Source of the DNA: Trichormus sp. ATA11-4-KO1
GTDB lineage: Bacteria; Cyanobacteriota; Cyanobacteriia; Cyanobacteriales; Nostocaceae
Assembly (NCBI GenBank): GCA_019358915.1
Contig: JAHHIM010000036.1
Location: 1 to 64,000 of the forward strand
Length of the DNA: 64,000 nucleotides
Direction: 5' to 3'
Shown one piece after another: positions 51,494 to 62,499 of this stretch. A model generated the notes under the pieces. It saw nothing but the letters and a program-made list of their open reading frames with translations, had not been told where the DNA came from and searched no databases. Position numbers and translations under genes: made by a program. Numbering within the stretch: the stretch's first letter is position 1; each line of letters opens with the position of its first letter.

Positions 51494-51822
51494 CGATTGC
51501 GGAATGTGTTGCAGAAATATCAAAACCCTTCACACTTTTTTAGCAAAATAATTTGATGTTACGTAGCAAGTATGTTATCTAACATTCAATAACTTCCTAG
51601 CTAGTTACGTAATATGATTATAAGTATGTATAGTTTATTTAATAACTTTGCTTTTAGCTTTTACTTAACTTGAAAGTGCGGCTCGACTGATCTTGTACTG
51701 AGTCTTATCGAAGTAGCTTCGCCGAACGTCTGACTACTGAGTAAAAAAACTAGTCTCCAGTCTCTAGTCCCTTTTTCATTTGTTAATAATGTACGCAGTT
51801 CATGACACCGACTTGAATAACT

Positions 51823-53151
51823 TTATTCATTCATATTACGGTATGTAGCAACGGCGGAAGGCGATATGCGATTTAAATAACGGAAAATCCAGTACTTAAA
51901 GATTGTATCTAAAATTACTGGAAATGTGGCAATAAATAAGAAGATAAAATCTCTATTTGCTGGTAAACCCCAGTGGCGTGATATACCTTCTAAAATTACT
52001 TCCCAGCCATGCGGCGAGTGGAATCCTACAAATATATCAGTAAACAAAATGATAATAAATGCCTTGGCACTATCGCTCAGACCATAAACGACATGATCAA
52101 AGAAATCTTTGAGCACTGAGATGGAATGCTTGCTGAAAACTAACAGGCAAATAAAAGCACCAACAGAAAAAATATCTGAAAAAACATTTTTAATGGCGTT
52201 GGCACTTTCGCGACGAAATTTCTCAGCAATTTCACTGGCTCTGTTCTTCAGCTGGATTTCTATATCTTCAGAAGATAGTTGAGGTGCTTGACGAATTAGG
52301 GTTTCAAACTTGAGTCTTTCTTCAAATCTTTGTAGTTCTATCAGCGCTTCTTCTTCCATTTCTATATTGAGGAATATTGGCGCTGTTTCGTGACTTCTAA
52401 ACTGGTCTATGAGAGGCCCGACTATTAATGCTTTGGATATTTGATGCGTTAAAAGAGGTACTATAATTAATAGTAAAATAAATCTGATAGATATTATTGT
52501 TCTTTTTTGAGCCTGACGAAAGTTTTTAACAACGTCTTGTTCAGAATTTGGATCTAATTCAACTTGCAGACGACTGATAGTGCTTAAAATCGACCGGGGC
52601 AATATTCCCATTGTATCGGCTTTGCCCCGTGGTTTTTTATTCGGTTCTTGATGGGGATTTGGTAATTTTGGCTGTGATGGTTGAGCGATCGCTCCATCAA
52701 CTTTGACAATTTGGGGTTTAGTTACTACAGGTGAGGAAGTTATTTCATAATCTAAGTTGTGATATTTTGATATAACTTCGTCTATGAATCTTAATTTCTC
52801 TAAAATTAAAGTAGGACTAGGATATTCTATACCTGTTTTTTGAGCAGCTTTCTGATGAGATTCGTTAGAAAACCAACGACTGGCGCGAAACTCCGTCAGT
52901 CGCATCCGAGCAATTTTTAATTGTTGCTTTAAATCTGACTCAAAATAATCCATCACACTATTACTGTAGATGGCTGAGTTTAAGTCTATTTTATTACCAT
53001 TAAAATGCTCGTCTTCTATTGCCTTAATCTTTAATGCCGCTTTGTAAGCTTCCTCCAGCGATCGCTCTGGGGTTAGTAAGTACCATCGGTAAGCAGCCAG
53101 TAAAAAAGGGTAAATTTTTTGGCTAAAAATAGGCATTCTCATTTTGGGCAA
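51823..53151 (-). CDS. pxcA: Proton extrusion protein PxcA (CemA)
   Basis: TPERSLEEAY, SDSAKAFIIILFTDIFVGFHSPHGWE and SPSAVATYRNMNE motifs. Confidence 0.96.
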   Translation of the reverse strand: MPKMRMPIFSQKIYPFLLAAYRWYLLTPERSLEEAYKAALKIKAIEDEHFNGNKIDLNSAIYSNSVMDYFESDLKQQLKIARMRLTEFRASRWFSNESHQKAAQKTGIEYPSPTLILEKLRFIDEVISKYHNLDYEITSSPVVTKPQIVKVDGAIAQPSQPKLPNPHQEPNKKPRGKADTMGILPRSILSTISRLQVELDPNSEQDVVKNFRQAQKRTIISIRFILLLIIVPLLTHQISKALIVGPLIDQFRSHETAPIFLNIEMEEEALIELQRFEERLKFETLIRQAPQLSSEDIEIQLKNRASEIAEKFRRESANAIKNVFSDIFSVGAFICLLVFSKHSISVLKDFFDHVVYGLSDSAKAFIIILFTDIFVGFHSPHGWEVILEGISRHWGLPANRDFIFLFIATFPVILDTIFKYWIFRYLNRISPSAVATYRNMNE

Positions 53152-53229
53152 TCATCCAGCATTTATTGGTGATTTTTCAGCTTAAGTTAACGCACAAAGT
53201 ATACTAGCAAATCTACAAGGGGAGGATTT

Positions 53230-55479
53230 GTGATTTCTCATTCTATTTGGATTGTTGGCCCTAGTCGCAGTGGTAAGACTACTCGCTTGGTAGAAAATTT
53301 TTGTTCTTGGTTACAAAGTGAAAATGAGATTATTGAATCATTTTATACTAAAAAACGCAACCAAAAAAAAAGCGGGCAGATACCACAATCCTTCTATCTA
53401 CCAAAAACAGAGCCAGGAGTATTGGTGTTGGCAGCTAATGGTGAAAACCGCCGTGGATTTGGTGATAAAATTGTTACAGCAACCCAAGGAAAATATCCAG
53501 TTCGTGCCAAAACAATCCTGGGTTTTTTTCAAGATGAAGTTATTTTATTTTGGCCTTTATTGATTCAGTCTTTGAATCTGAAAGCACAATTTCCGGTACG
53601 ATTGCGCCCAGAAACTGAACAGGAATTAGCAACAAAACTGTGGCGATCGCAATTAGATACAGCAATCTTGAGTCGTGCTGGTGTGAATGAGTATCGTTTG
53701 GTACGTCGCATCCTGGATTTATGGCAATTAGCAGCTTACAGTGGTACGCCTTGCGAAGATATTGCCTCAATTTTACAAAGAGGTTTACAGGAAAATGCCA
53801 TAGATTTAGAGCCGGAATTATTGGCATCTTTGTTATTAGATTGGCGGAACTGGTGTTTAGAAAGAGGATTGCTGACTTATGGCATCATTACTGAACTTTA
53901 CAGTCAGAACTTATTAAGCGATCGCTATTACCAACAGTACTTAACTCAACGCTATCAAGCTGTACTAGCAGATGATGTCGATGATTATCCTGGCATAGCG
54001 CGTCAACTGTTTGATTTTTTGTTGGATCAAGGAGCTGTAGGGGCATTTAGCTATAATCCTGATGGTGCAGTACGCCTAGGATTAGGTGCAGATCCCAACT
54101 ACTTGGAGGGTTTAGCAGGGCGTTGTCGAATTGAGAAATTAACTGAATCACCTTTTCCACGTCTTGCAGATAGACTCGCGGCGCCAATGGTGGAATTAGT
54201 CACAGAACCGATGCTTTTGTTTAGCTTACCAGAACCAGTACAATCAATTCAAACCACCTCTCGCGCTCAGCTGTTACGGCAAACAGCAGAAGTCATCGCT
54301 GATGCTATCACCTCTGGGCAAGTAACGGCAGAACAAGTAGCAATTATTGCTCCAGGTTTAGATGCGATCGCTCGTTATACCTTAATAGAAATTTTAGCCA
54401 AGCAAAACATCCCAGTTGAATCACTCAACGACCAACGCCCCTTAATTAGTTCACCTATCATCCGGGCATTACTTACCATGTTGGCATTAGTCTATCCCGG
54501 TTTGGGTCGCCTAGTAGATCGGGATGCCGTAGCCGAGATGTTAGTTGTTCTCAGTAGAAAACAAGAAATACCAGAAAACTCTTCTTCATTCACCACTCCC
54601 CACTCCCCATTGCCCCTTATCCCCAGAGGGGGCCCCACCTTCCCCACTCACATAGATCCAGTCCGCGCTGGATTAATTGCCGATTACTGCTTTGTCCCTC
54701 ATCCTGAGTGTCCCAAATTGCTACCAGTGTCAGCATTCGAGCGCTGGGACAGAATAGGCTATGTAGCCACCACAGCTTATACTGAGATTTTACAGTGGTT
54801 AGAAAAACAGCGATCGCAGCAAGAACAGCGTTTACTACCTAGTCCCATTTCCCTGTTATATCTGGCAATTCAGGACTTTTTGTTTAGAGATAGCAATCCT
54901 CCCTACGAGCAAATGGCAGCATTACGGGAATTATTGGAAACTGCTCAACACTATTGGGAAATTGACACCAGACTACAACAAATTCCAGGTAGCTCAAAAA
55001 ATTGGGAATCAGAAGTAGCAATCACCCCTTCATCCCCAATCACCACTTCCATAGCCGAATTTATTCAACTGCTGCGACGTGGTACCATCACTGCTAACCC
55101 TTACCCTTTACGTCCCATCGGCCCCGCCAGAAAAGCTGTCACCTTAGCAACTATCTTCCAATATCGCTCTAGTAGAAGATTTCATCATTGGCATTTTTGG
55201 CTAGATGCTGGTTCACCTCTATGGGCCAAAGGTGGTGCAGCTACTTTATTTGGGGCTAATTTTTTCCTGCAAGATAGACTAGGCGAACCTTGGACAGCAG
55301 AAGATGAACAACAGGCAGAAAAACAAAGATTACACAGAATTTTGCGAGATTTGCTCTCTCGCGTATCCCAGAAAGTTTATTTGTGTCACAGCGAGTTAGC
55401 TGTAAATGGACAAGAGCAATTAGGGCCTCTGTTACCTTTAGTACATGCCTGTATACCATCTGAGGCAGCTATTACGTAA
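53230..55479 (+). CDS. Conserved cyanobacterial P-loop protein, UvrD/AddB-like helicase fold
   Basis: N-terminal GPSRSGKT, LADDVDDY (Walker B-like) and VAIIAP motifs. Confidence 0.7.
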   Translation: MISHSIWIVGPSRSGKTTRLVENFCSWLQSENEIIESFYTKKRNQKKSGQIPQSFYLPKTEPGVLVLAANGENRRGFGDKIVTATQGKYPVRAKTILGFFQDEVILFWPLLIQSLNLKAQFPVRLRPETEQELATKLWRSQLDTAILSRAGVNEYRLVRRILDLWQLAAYSGTPCEDIASILQRGLQENAIDLEPELLASLLLDWRNWCLERGLLTYGIITELYSQNLLSDRYYQQYLTQRYQAVLADDVDDYPGIARQLFDFLLDQGAVGAFSYNPDGAVRLGLGADPNYLEGLAGRCRIEKLTESPFPRLADRLAAPMVELVTEPMLLFSLPEPVQSIQTTSRAQLLRQTAEVIADAITSGQVTAEQVAIIAPGLDAIARYTLIEILAKQNIPVESLNDQRPLISSPIIRALLTMLALVYPGLGRLVDRDAVAEMLVVLSRKQEIPENSSSFTTPHSPLPLIPRGGPTFPTHIDPVRAGLIADYCFVPHPECPKLLPVSAFERWDRIGYVATTAYTEILQWLEKQRSQQEQRLLPSPISLLYLAIQDFLFRDSNPPYEQMAALRELLETAQHYWEIDTRLQQIPGSSKNWESEVAITPSSPITTSIAEFIQLLRRGTITANPYPLRPIGPARKAVTLATIFQYRSSRRFHHWHFWLDAGSPLWAKGGAATLFGANFFLQDRLGEPWTAEDEQQAEKQRLHRILRDLLSRVSQKVYLCHSELAVNGQEQLGPLLPLVHACIPSEAAIT

Positions 55480-55524
55480 ATTTCTAGAACACCCTAAGCG
55501 ATCGCCAAAATCTTTACAATATTA

Positions 55525-55833
55525 ACGTGAATTCGATGAGCCTCATCCCAACCCTCTCCAACACGGCTATCCATTAATCACATCTTTCTTTACAATCTTG
55601 AAACCCTAGTTTCATAGGTATCTCAAAGACTAAGAGGTCAGGCATACTTGACAAATTCGCGCTTAATCTTCTCGCTAAAACTGCATTTTTATTGAGAATT
55701 AGCAACGAAGGAATCAGTATGATAAAAAACGTGAGTGAATACTCTCGCCAATGTTGAGTAAAGATCCGGGTAATGGATAGCCTGGCAGGGTAGAGGTTTG
55801 GAGAGGGGTTTTTCCCACTTGTCGAACTTACGT
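55525..55833. mobile_element. MITE (34100 family) with 7-bp TSD, carrying a nested element
   Basis: Termini ACGTGAATTCGA / TCGAACTTACGT; AATATTA at 55518-55524 and 55834-55840. Confidence 0.8.
55565..55782. mobile_element. Nested 218-bp non-autonomous IS derivative
   Basis: TIRs GGCTATCCATTA-N5-ATCTTT at both ends (12 bp perfect). Confidence 0.7.
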
Positions 55834-55881
55834 AATATTAAGTAAAGTAAAGAAGTTTATGAGAAATCAGAGTTAAACACA

Positions 55882-56550
55882 ATGGGAATATTTGGATTTG
55901 GTAAAAAGCTGGCTATCCCCACCCCTGAGGAAGCTTTGCCAGGAAGAGCAAAATCGATGCCAGTACCCGATCATCACTATGTCAACAAAAACCCTTTGAA
56001 ACCGCCTTTTCCGGAAGGATTGGAAACAGCAATGTTTGGCTTGGGTTGTTTTTGGGGTGCAGAACGCAAATTCTGGCAATTACCAGGAGTTTACACAACT
56101 GCGGTGGGTTATGCAGCTGGTTACACACCCAACCCTACTTATGAAGAGGTATGTACTGGCTTAACTGGTCATAATGAAGTGGTCTTAGTTGTATTTGACC
56201 CCAAAGTAATTAGTTACTCCCAGCTACTGAAAGTTTTTTGGGAAAGCCATAACCCCACCCAAGGAATGCGCCAAGGTAACGACACAGGTACTCAATACCG
56301 TTCGGGAATTTACGTGTACTCGGAAAATCAAAAGCAGCTAGCAGAAGCATCGCGGGATGCTTATCAGCAAGCTCTCAACAAATCAGGTTATGGCAATATC
56401 ACCACAGAAATCATCGATGCGCCTGAGTTTTACTACGCAGAAGCATATCATCAGCAGTATCTCGCCAAAAATCCCAATGGGTATTGTGGCTTAGGTGGGA
56501 CAAATGTTGCTTGTCCTGTGGGTGTAGTGGAATCTCAAATCAGTGGTTAG
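55882..56550 (+). CDS. msrA: Peptide-methionine (S)-S-oxide reductase
   Basis: [16 protein letters not shown] and AEAYHQQYL motifs. Confidence 0.98.
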   Translation: MGIFGFGKKLAIPTPEEALPGRAKSMPVPDHHYVNKNPLKPPFPEGLETAMFGLGCFWGAERKFWQLPGVYTTAVGYAAGYTPNPTYEEVCTGLTGHNEVVLVVFDPKVISYSQLLKVFWESHNPTQGMRQGNDTGTQYRSGIYVYSENQKQLAEASRDAYQQALNKSGYGNITTEIIDAPEFYYAEAYHQQYLAKNPNGYCGLGGTNVACPVGVVESQISG

Positions 56551-56679
56551 CTGGTAGGTTGGGTTGTTCGCGTCAGCGTTGCAGAGCAATAGAACGAAAC
56601 CCAACATTAACCAAACGTGAATTTGATGAACCTCATCCCAACCCCTCTCCAGTTTTTATAAGACTGTCTGATTACGCAA

Positions 56680-57363
56680 TTACAAGCTGAATTTACTTAG
56701 ACCTTCGACTAATTCCACGCCAAAAACTTCAGCAAAACACTTGGCCACATTAGCGCTTACCTCTTGAACGTTAATACCGGGAATCCACTCGGCTAAACTA
56801 CCTACAGGTTTATCAGCAATACCGCAGGGCACAATGTTTTCAAAACCTGACATGTCGGGACAAACATTTAAGGCAAAACCGTGCATGGTAATCCAACGAC
56901 TAACTTTAATACCAATAGCGGCAACTTTCCGCTTTTCTAGCCACACACCAGTAAAACCTGTCAAGCGATCGCCTGACAACCCATAAACTGCTAATACTCG
57001 AATTAATACTTCTTCTAATTGCCGTAAATACCAATGCAGGTCTTGACGATGACGGCGCAGATTTAAAATCGGATACCCCACTAGTTGACCAGGGCAATGA
57101 TAGGTGACTTCGCCGCCGCGTTCAATTCTGTGGACATCGAATTTACTTTTGTCTAGGTCAAATTTGAGAAATTCAAGATTGCTTCCTTGTCCCAAAGTAT
57201 AGACGGGTGGATGCTCTAGCAAAATTAAGACATCATCTAAACTAGGGTCATCAATGCGCTCGGCGACAAGCGATCGCTGCCATAAGTGAGCATCTATGTA
57301 TGGCATCAATCCGGCGTTATGTAACAAACAATGGTTTTGGTGTGGTTCTCTACTATGGATCAT
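56680..57363 (-). CDS. lipB: Lipoyl(octanoyl) transferase
   Basis: [34 protein letters not shown] and IVPCG motifs. ATG 57363 is preferred. Confidence 0.95.
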   Translation of the reverse strand: MIHSREPHQNHCLLHNAGLMPYIDAHLWQRSLVAERIDDPSLDDVLILLEHPPVYTLGQGSNLEFLKFDLDKSKFDVHRIERGGEVTYHCPGQLVGYPILNLRRHRQDLHWYLRQLEEVLIRVLAVYGLSGDRLTGFTGVWLEKRKVAAIGIKVSRWITMHGFALNVCPDMSGFENIVPCGIADKPVGSLAEWIPGINVQEVSANVAKCFAEVFGVELVEGLSKFSL

Positions 57364-57753
57364 GCCAAAAATCAACTGGTTCCCAGACCAAATATATTGC
57401 AAAATTACAGGTTTTGAGTCAACAAATGTCAAGCTATGCAAAGGATTTTAAAGGAACATCAAGGGAACCTGCATGAGAAAATACAAAGTGCTAGTTTGAA
57501 TATATAACCTCAAAGGTGTTAGGAGGAATTCTCTGCAACAAACATCACGCCAAACACAAGACGAACGAATGCACTGGCTGATGACTCTAATACATTGTTT
57601 GCATCTCGAAGCGGATAAAACTTCCAACTTAGAGAAAGCGCACAAGCAGTACATTAAAATGTTCACAATTTGTTTTGACGGTAGTAAGTAGATTACCGCA
57701 ACTTCTTTTCATACAAAACAAATTCACATCAAATATTAAGTGGGAGAGTTTAC

Positions 57754-58404
57754 ATGAAGCTTGTCATCCACGGCAAAAATATTGAAATCACCGATGCGAT
57801 TCGGGAGTACGTACATCAAAAAATTGAAAAAGCAGTTAGTCACTTTCAAAATATTACCAATGAAGTGGATGTGCATCTGAGCGTTGCCCGCAATCCCCGA
57901 ATTAACCCCAAGCAAGCGGCTGAAGTCACTATTTATGCAAATGGTAGCGTTATCCGTGCCGAGGAAAGCAGCGAAAACTTATACGCCAGCATTGATTTAG
58001 TAGCAGATAAAATTGCCCGTCAACTGCGAAAATATAAAGAAAGACGGCAAGATAAGAAAACTCACGCCCAACCAACTAATAAAGTATTAGTTCCCGAACC
58101 TGTAGCGGCAGATTTAATAGGCGATCGCACCCCCGAATTACCTAACGAGGTCGTCCGTACCAAATATTTTTCCATGCCACCAATGACGGTTGCAGAGGCA
58201 TCAGAACAGCTACAACTGGTAGGACACGACTTCTATATGTTCCGCAATTCTGAAACTGGCGAGATTAACGTCATTTACGAACGCAACCACGGCGGTTACG
58301 GTGTGATTCAACCCCGTAATGGTAACGGTCATACTAACGGTAAGAATGGCAAGTCAGCCCAGACTAATCATTTTGTAGCGGAAAATTCTTACTCGCACAA
58401 GTGA
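57754..58404 (+). CDS. hpf: Ribosome hibernation promoting factor (LrtA/long HPF)
   Basis: [34 protein letters not shown] and a C-terminal S30AE domain. Confidence 0.96.
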   Translation: MKLVIHGKNIEITDAIREYVHQKIEKAVSHFQNITNEVDVHLSVARNPRINPKQAAEVTIYANGSVIRAEESSENLYASIDLVADKIARQLRKYKERRQDKKTHAQPTNKVLVPEPVAADLIGDRTPELPNEVVRTKYFSMPPMTVAEASEQLQLVGHDFYMFRNSETGEINVIYERNHGGYGVIQPRNGNGHTNGKNGKSAQTNHFVAENSYSHK

Positions 58405-58476
58405 GGGAGTGAGGGAAGTAGGGAAGTAGGGAGTGAGGGGAGTATTTTTTGTTTTTGTCCCCTTATCCCCCCATCC

Positions 58477-58938
58477 CTATTTCACTGCTAACTCTTGCAA
58501 AGTCTTCAGCGCTTCTTCCACGTGACCTTTAAAGTTCAACATGGAATCAAATACGTATTGCACAACGCCTTCTTTGTCAATCACATAAGTAACGCGGCCA
58601 GGAATTAAACCAAAAGCTGTGGTTGCACCGTATTGCTTCCTTACTTGGTTGTCTTTGTCACTCAAGAGTGTAAAGGGTAAATTGTGCTTGGCAGCAAATT
58701 TCTGGTGAGATTCGCGAGAATCTCCACTGACGCCAATTACTTCCGCACCAGCAGTTTTAAATACTTCATACTGGTCACGAAAGGCACAGGATTCGGCTGT
58801 ACATCCTGGTGTGTCATCTTTGGGATAAAAGTAGAGAACAACAGCTTGTTGCCCGCGAAAATCTCTCAAGCTGACTGTTGAGCCGTCTTGGGCTGGTAAA
58901 GTGAAATCAGGAGCAGTATCCCCAACTTTAACTGGCAT
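58477..58938 (-). CDS. bcp: Peroxiredoxin BCP/PrxQ
   Basis: [16 protein letters not shown] motif. Confidence 0.95.
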   Translation of the reverse strand: MPVKVGDTAPDFTLPAQDGSTVSLRDFRGQQAVVLYFYPKDDTPGCTAESCAFRDQYEVFKTAGAEVIGVSGDSRESHQKFAAKHNLPFTLLSDKDNQVRKQYGATTAFGLIPGRVTYVIDKEGVVQYVFDSMLNFKGHVEEALKTLQELAVK

Positions 58939-58956
58939 ATTATTTTACCGATTTTG

Positions 58957-60888
58957 TTAAGAGTCAATCTCAGCTAATTCTAACCAGCGTTCTGTTGCTA
59001 CATCAATCGCTTGCTTCAAGGTTTCTACTTCTTCGTAGAGTTTTTGTACTTGGGTATATTTCCCAGGAGAGACATTTAGCAAAGCTTTTTCGGCTGCGGC
59101 TTTCTCTGATTCCAACTTGGCAATTTTACCTTCCAACTCTGCAAATTCCCGCTTTTCCCAGTTTGATAATCTGCGGCGCTTTTTGTTTTCGGTGTCTGGA
59201 GATGAAGATGTAGATTTAATCTCTTCTTTTGGTTTTTCCTTAGTATTAACAGCAAGCTGTTGTTTTTCTTGCTCCTCTTCAGCTTTCTTATAATCTAAAT
59301 AAACTGAGTAATTCCCTGGATACTGGCGGAGATTACCACCTGCTTCCAAGGCAAAAATTGTGTCTACAGTGCGGTCTAAAAAGTAGCGATCGTGAGATAC
59401 TGCAATCACACATCCAGAAAAGTCTTCTAAATATTCTTCTAATACAGCCAATGTTTGTACATCTAAATCATTGGTTGGTTCATCTAAAATCAAAACATTA
59501 GGCGCACCAATCAGAATCCGCAGTAAAAATAAACGGCGTTTTTCTCCACCAGAAAGTTTATGAATTGGCGCGTATTGCTGGTTTCCTGGAAATAAAAACC
59601 GCTCCAACATTTGGGAAGCAGAAATTTGCGTACCATCAGCAATTTTGACAAATTCCCCTTCTTCTTTAATATAGTCAATCACGCGCTGATTTTCATCTAA
59701 AGCTGTGAGTAACTCTTCGGAATGCTGGTCAAAATAACCGATGTGAATGGTAGTACCAATTTCTACACTACCGGAATCGGGTTGAATGCGTCCGGTAATA
59801 ATATCCATTAAAGTAGATTTACCTGTACCGTTACCGCCAATAATGCCGATGCGGTCTTCTGGACTAAATTCGTAGGTGAAATTATTAATTAAGGTACGTC
59901 CATCATAGCTTTTAGATATATTATTTAATTCAATAACTTTTTTGCCAATGCGACGACCAACTGTAGAAATATCAACTTTACCCTGAACTTGTTTAAACTC
60001 AGTTTCCCGCATACTTTGAATGCGTTCAATTCGGGCTTTTTGTTTGGTACTTCTGGCTTTTGGCCCCCGGCTTAACCATTCCAATTCCCGGCGTAATACA
60101 CCTTGATGTTTGCGTTGGCTGCTAATGGCCGATTCTTCAGCTAAAGCTTTCTTTTCGAGGTAGTATGAATAATTACCTGAGTAAGTAAAAATATCACCTC
60201 GGTCTATTTCTATAATCCGGTTGGTCACCTTATCGAGAAAATAGCGATCGTGAGTTATCAGCAAAAGTGCGCCACGAAAGCGATTTAAATAACTTTGCAA
60301 CCATTCCACCGAAAGCGCATCCAGATGGTTGGTAGGCTCATCCATCAGTAAAACATCTGGTTCTGATAGCAAAGCTGTGGCCAAAGCGATGCGTTTGCGA
60401 TAACCTCCTGACAAAGTACCGATGACAGCATCAAAGTCAGAAATTCCTAACTTAGTTAAGATAATTTTGGCGTTAGTTTCCAATTCCCAAGCGCCAGTGG
60501 ACTCCATGCGCTGCATCACCTCAGAAAGGCGCGACATCAGTTGACTATCTTCTGGATAGTGAGCCAGTTTATCAGAAAGCTCTTCATACTCACGCACCAA
60601 AGCCATGTGTTCGCCACTATCAGCGAAAATTTGCTCTAAAACTGTGTAATTTTCATCTAAGTCTGGTTGTTGAGGTAAGTAAATTATTTTTGAGCCAGAA
60701 GCAAAGGTAATTTGACCACTATCAATTGGTTCTAGTCCAGCAATCATTTTTAATAAGGTTGATTTACCAGAACCGTTTGTACCAATTAAGCCGACCTTAT
60801 CAGTGGCATCTAAACTAAAGCTAGCGTCTTTTAAAATTTCCTTGATGCCAAAATCTTTTTTTACTGATTGTAGTGTAATAATACTCAT
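58957..60888 (-). CDS. ABC-F family ATPase (Uup-like)
   Basis: Two ABC domains (GSGKST, GTGKST, DEPTN), no TM segments, C-terminal coiled coil ending ERWLEL. Confidence 0.93.
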   Translation of the reverse strand: MSIITLQSVKKDFGIKEILKDASFSLDATDKVGLIGTNGSGKSTLLKMIAGLEPIDSGQITFASGSKIIYLPQQPDLDENYTVLEQIFADSGEHMALVREYEELSDKLAHYPEDSQLMSRLSEVMQRMESTGAWELETNAKIILTKLGISDFDAVIGTLSGGYRKRIALATALLSEPDVLLMDEPTNHLDALSVEWLQSYLNRFRGALLLITHDRYFLDKVTNRIIEIDRGDIFTYSGNYSYYLEKKALAEESAISSQRKHQGVLRRELEWLSRGPKARSTKQKARIERIQSMRETEFKQVQGKVDISTVGRRIGKKVIELNNISKSYDGRTLINNFTYEFSPEDRIGIIGGNGTGKSTLMDIITGRIQPDSGSVEIGTTIHIGYFDQHSEELLTALDENQRVIDYIKEEGEFVKIADGTQISASQMLERFLFPGNQQYAPIHKLSGGEKRRLFLLRILIGAPNVLILDEPTNDLDVQTLAVLEEYLEDFSGCVIAVSHDRYFLDRTVDTIFALEAGGNLRQYPGNYSVYLDYKKAEEEQEKQQLAVNTKEKPKEEIKSTSSSPDTENKKRRRLSNWEKREFAELEGKIAKLESEKAAAEKALLNVSPGKYTQVQKLYEEVETLKQAIDVATERWLELAEIDS

Positions 60889-61016
60889 AAAAATTAGTCA
60901 TTAGTCAATCAATTTTTGGGATTTTAGATTAGTGATTTCAGAGGTTTTCAAATCCCAAATCTAAAATTAGCATAGTCAGTGGGTAAGACTTGATGTCCTA
61001 CCGACACTGACAAATT

Positions 61017-61433
61017 TTAAACAAATAAATCGAGGGGTAGATGTCCATACATTTCGTTGATTCCCCCTTCATTATAAGATTGACAAGAAATTAAAACTCC
61101 CCGATGATGCCCAGCATAGGAATCAAGATAACATAAGCCATTTTTGCCATTTAATTTGATATAAACCGGCCCTTCGGGTGTGGCTAAATTAACAGGGACT
61201 TCGTGACCAAAAGCATGAGAATAAGTTCTCATGGCAAGTATGCCCTCTTCTGCGGTATCAGCACAAATTCCTAATATTTGGTAATCAGAAATACTGGTTA
61301 CCAAAATTAAAGCCCGACGGACTAAAGCTTTTTCTGATGGTTTGAGAATAGGTGCTATATCTAAGCAATTGAATTTATTCAGGATTTTTTTGGCTTCGGA
61401 GATTGTGAGGTTTTGATGATTGGGAGTTGACAT
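61017..61433 (-). CDS. DUF1824 family protein
   Basis: YQILGICAD, GPVYIK, RGVLISCQ and GHLPLDLF motifs. Confidence 0.8.
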   Translation of the reverse strand: MSTPNHQNLTISEAKKILNKFNCLDIAPILKPSEKALVRRALILVTSISDYQILGICADTAEEGILAMRTYSHAFGHEVPVNLATPEGPVYIKLNGKNGLCYLDSYAGHHRGVLISCQSYNEGGINEMYGHLPLDLFV

Positions 61434-61471
61434 AAATTAGTTTGTTATGTTCTAGTTTTGCTTTTGTGATT

Positions 61472-61494
61472 GAGGTGGGTGTAGCCCACCTCAT
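61472..61494. terminator. Stem-loop downstream of the prohibitin gene
   Basis: GAGGTGGG..CCCACCTC inverted repeat. Confidence 0.5.
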
Positions 61495-61512
61495 TAGCAT
61501 TATTTACTAAAA

Positions 61513-62361
61513 TTATGGTTGGTTGGGAATATTCCCTAGGTTGAAAATGAATGGCACACTGCCTTTAGATTCACCACCCATAACCAGAACTTTTGGCATC
61601 TGAGCACCGCCATTTCTCCAAGCTTCAATTGCTTCTTTTTGCAGAACTAATTGCCCACCTTGAGCTTTGAGAGTCTCTGCTAACAGTCTTTGCGCTTCTG
61701 CCTTACCCTTAGCGCGATTAATATCCGCCTGCGCTTCTTGCTCAGCTTCCCGCGCTACATAGACTGCTCTTTGTGCACGCTGTTCGGCAATTTGTTTTTC
61801 TTCTACAGCTCTGGCAAACTCTGGCGAAAAAGTCAAGTCAACTACACTAGTATCTAGGACGATTATCCCATATTTATCTAGGCGATCGCCCAAAGCAAAA
61901 TCAAAGTCTTCTTTTAATTCACTCCTTTTGGTAATTGCTTCTTCTACTGTTCTTCTAGCAGCAGCGATTTTGAATGCTTCTTGTGTCTGGGGAGCGATGA
62001 TTTTCGAGACAATGTTTGCTAAAGTTCCTTGTTTCCTTCTCACCTCAACTACCTGTGTGGGATCAAGGCGAAAATTAATGGCAAATCTCGCAGACAAATT
62101 TTGTAAATCCTTAGTAGAGCTTTCGGCTGGTACTTCAAATTTTTGTACCGTCAAATCATACACATCTACTACTGAAATGAAAGGTGGTTTAACGTGAATA
62201 CCCTCTAATAGAGCACCATCCCTAGCTTTACCTAAGATGCTGATTACTCCTGCTTGCCCTGGGTTGATAATAATAAAGGAATTGAGGCCAATTAGCACAG
62301 CTAATGCCAACACAATTCCGAAAATTGTGGTTTGCCAATTCCCCAATTGCTGATTTTTCAA
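61513..62361 (-). CDS. Prohibitin/SPFH (band 7) family protein
   Basis: TM anchor, SSTKDLQ and FARAVEEKQIAEQ motifs; AAGGAG RBS before TTG 62361. Confidence 0.92.
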   Translation of the reverse strand: MKNQQLGNWQTTIFGIVLALAVLIGLNSFIIINPGQAGVISILGKARDGALLEGIHVKPPFISVVDVYDLTVQKFEVPAESSTKDLQNLSARFAINFRLDPTQVVEVRRKQGTLANIVSKIIAPQTQEAFKIAAARRTVEEAITKRSELKEDFDFALGDRLDKYGIIVLDTSVVDLTFSPEFARAVEEKQIAEQRAQRAVYVAREAEQEAQADINRAKGKAEAQRLLAETLKAQGGQLVLQKEAIEAWRNGGAQMPKVLVMGGESKGSVPFIFNLGNIPNQP

Positions 62362-62499
62362 GGTTTGATCTCCTTTTGCATCTTTAGGCAACTCCTGTAC
62401 TATGGTGACACGTCCTCTGCCTGTCTACCCAGAAACCAGGCTACAAAAGCGATATCCTTCTCCCCCTCTCGTGGTAATATCAGTTTCACGCAAATGTAA

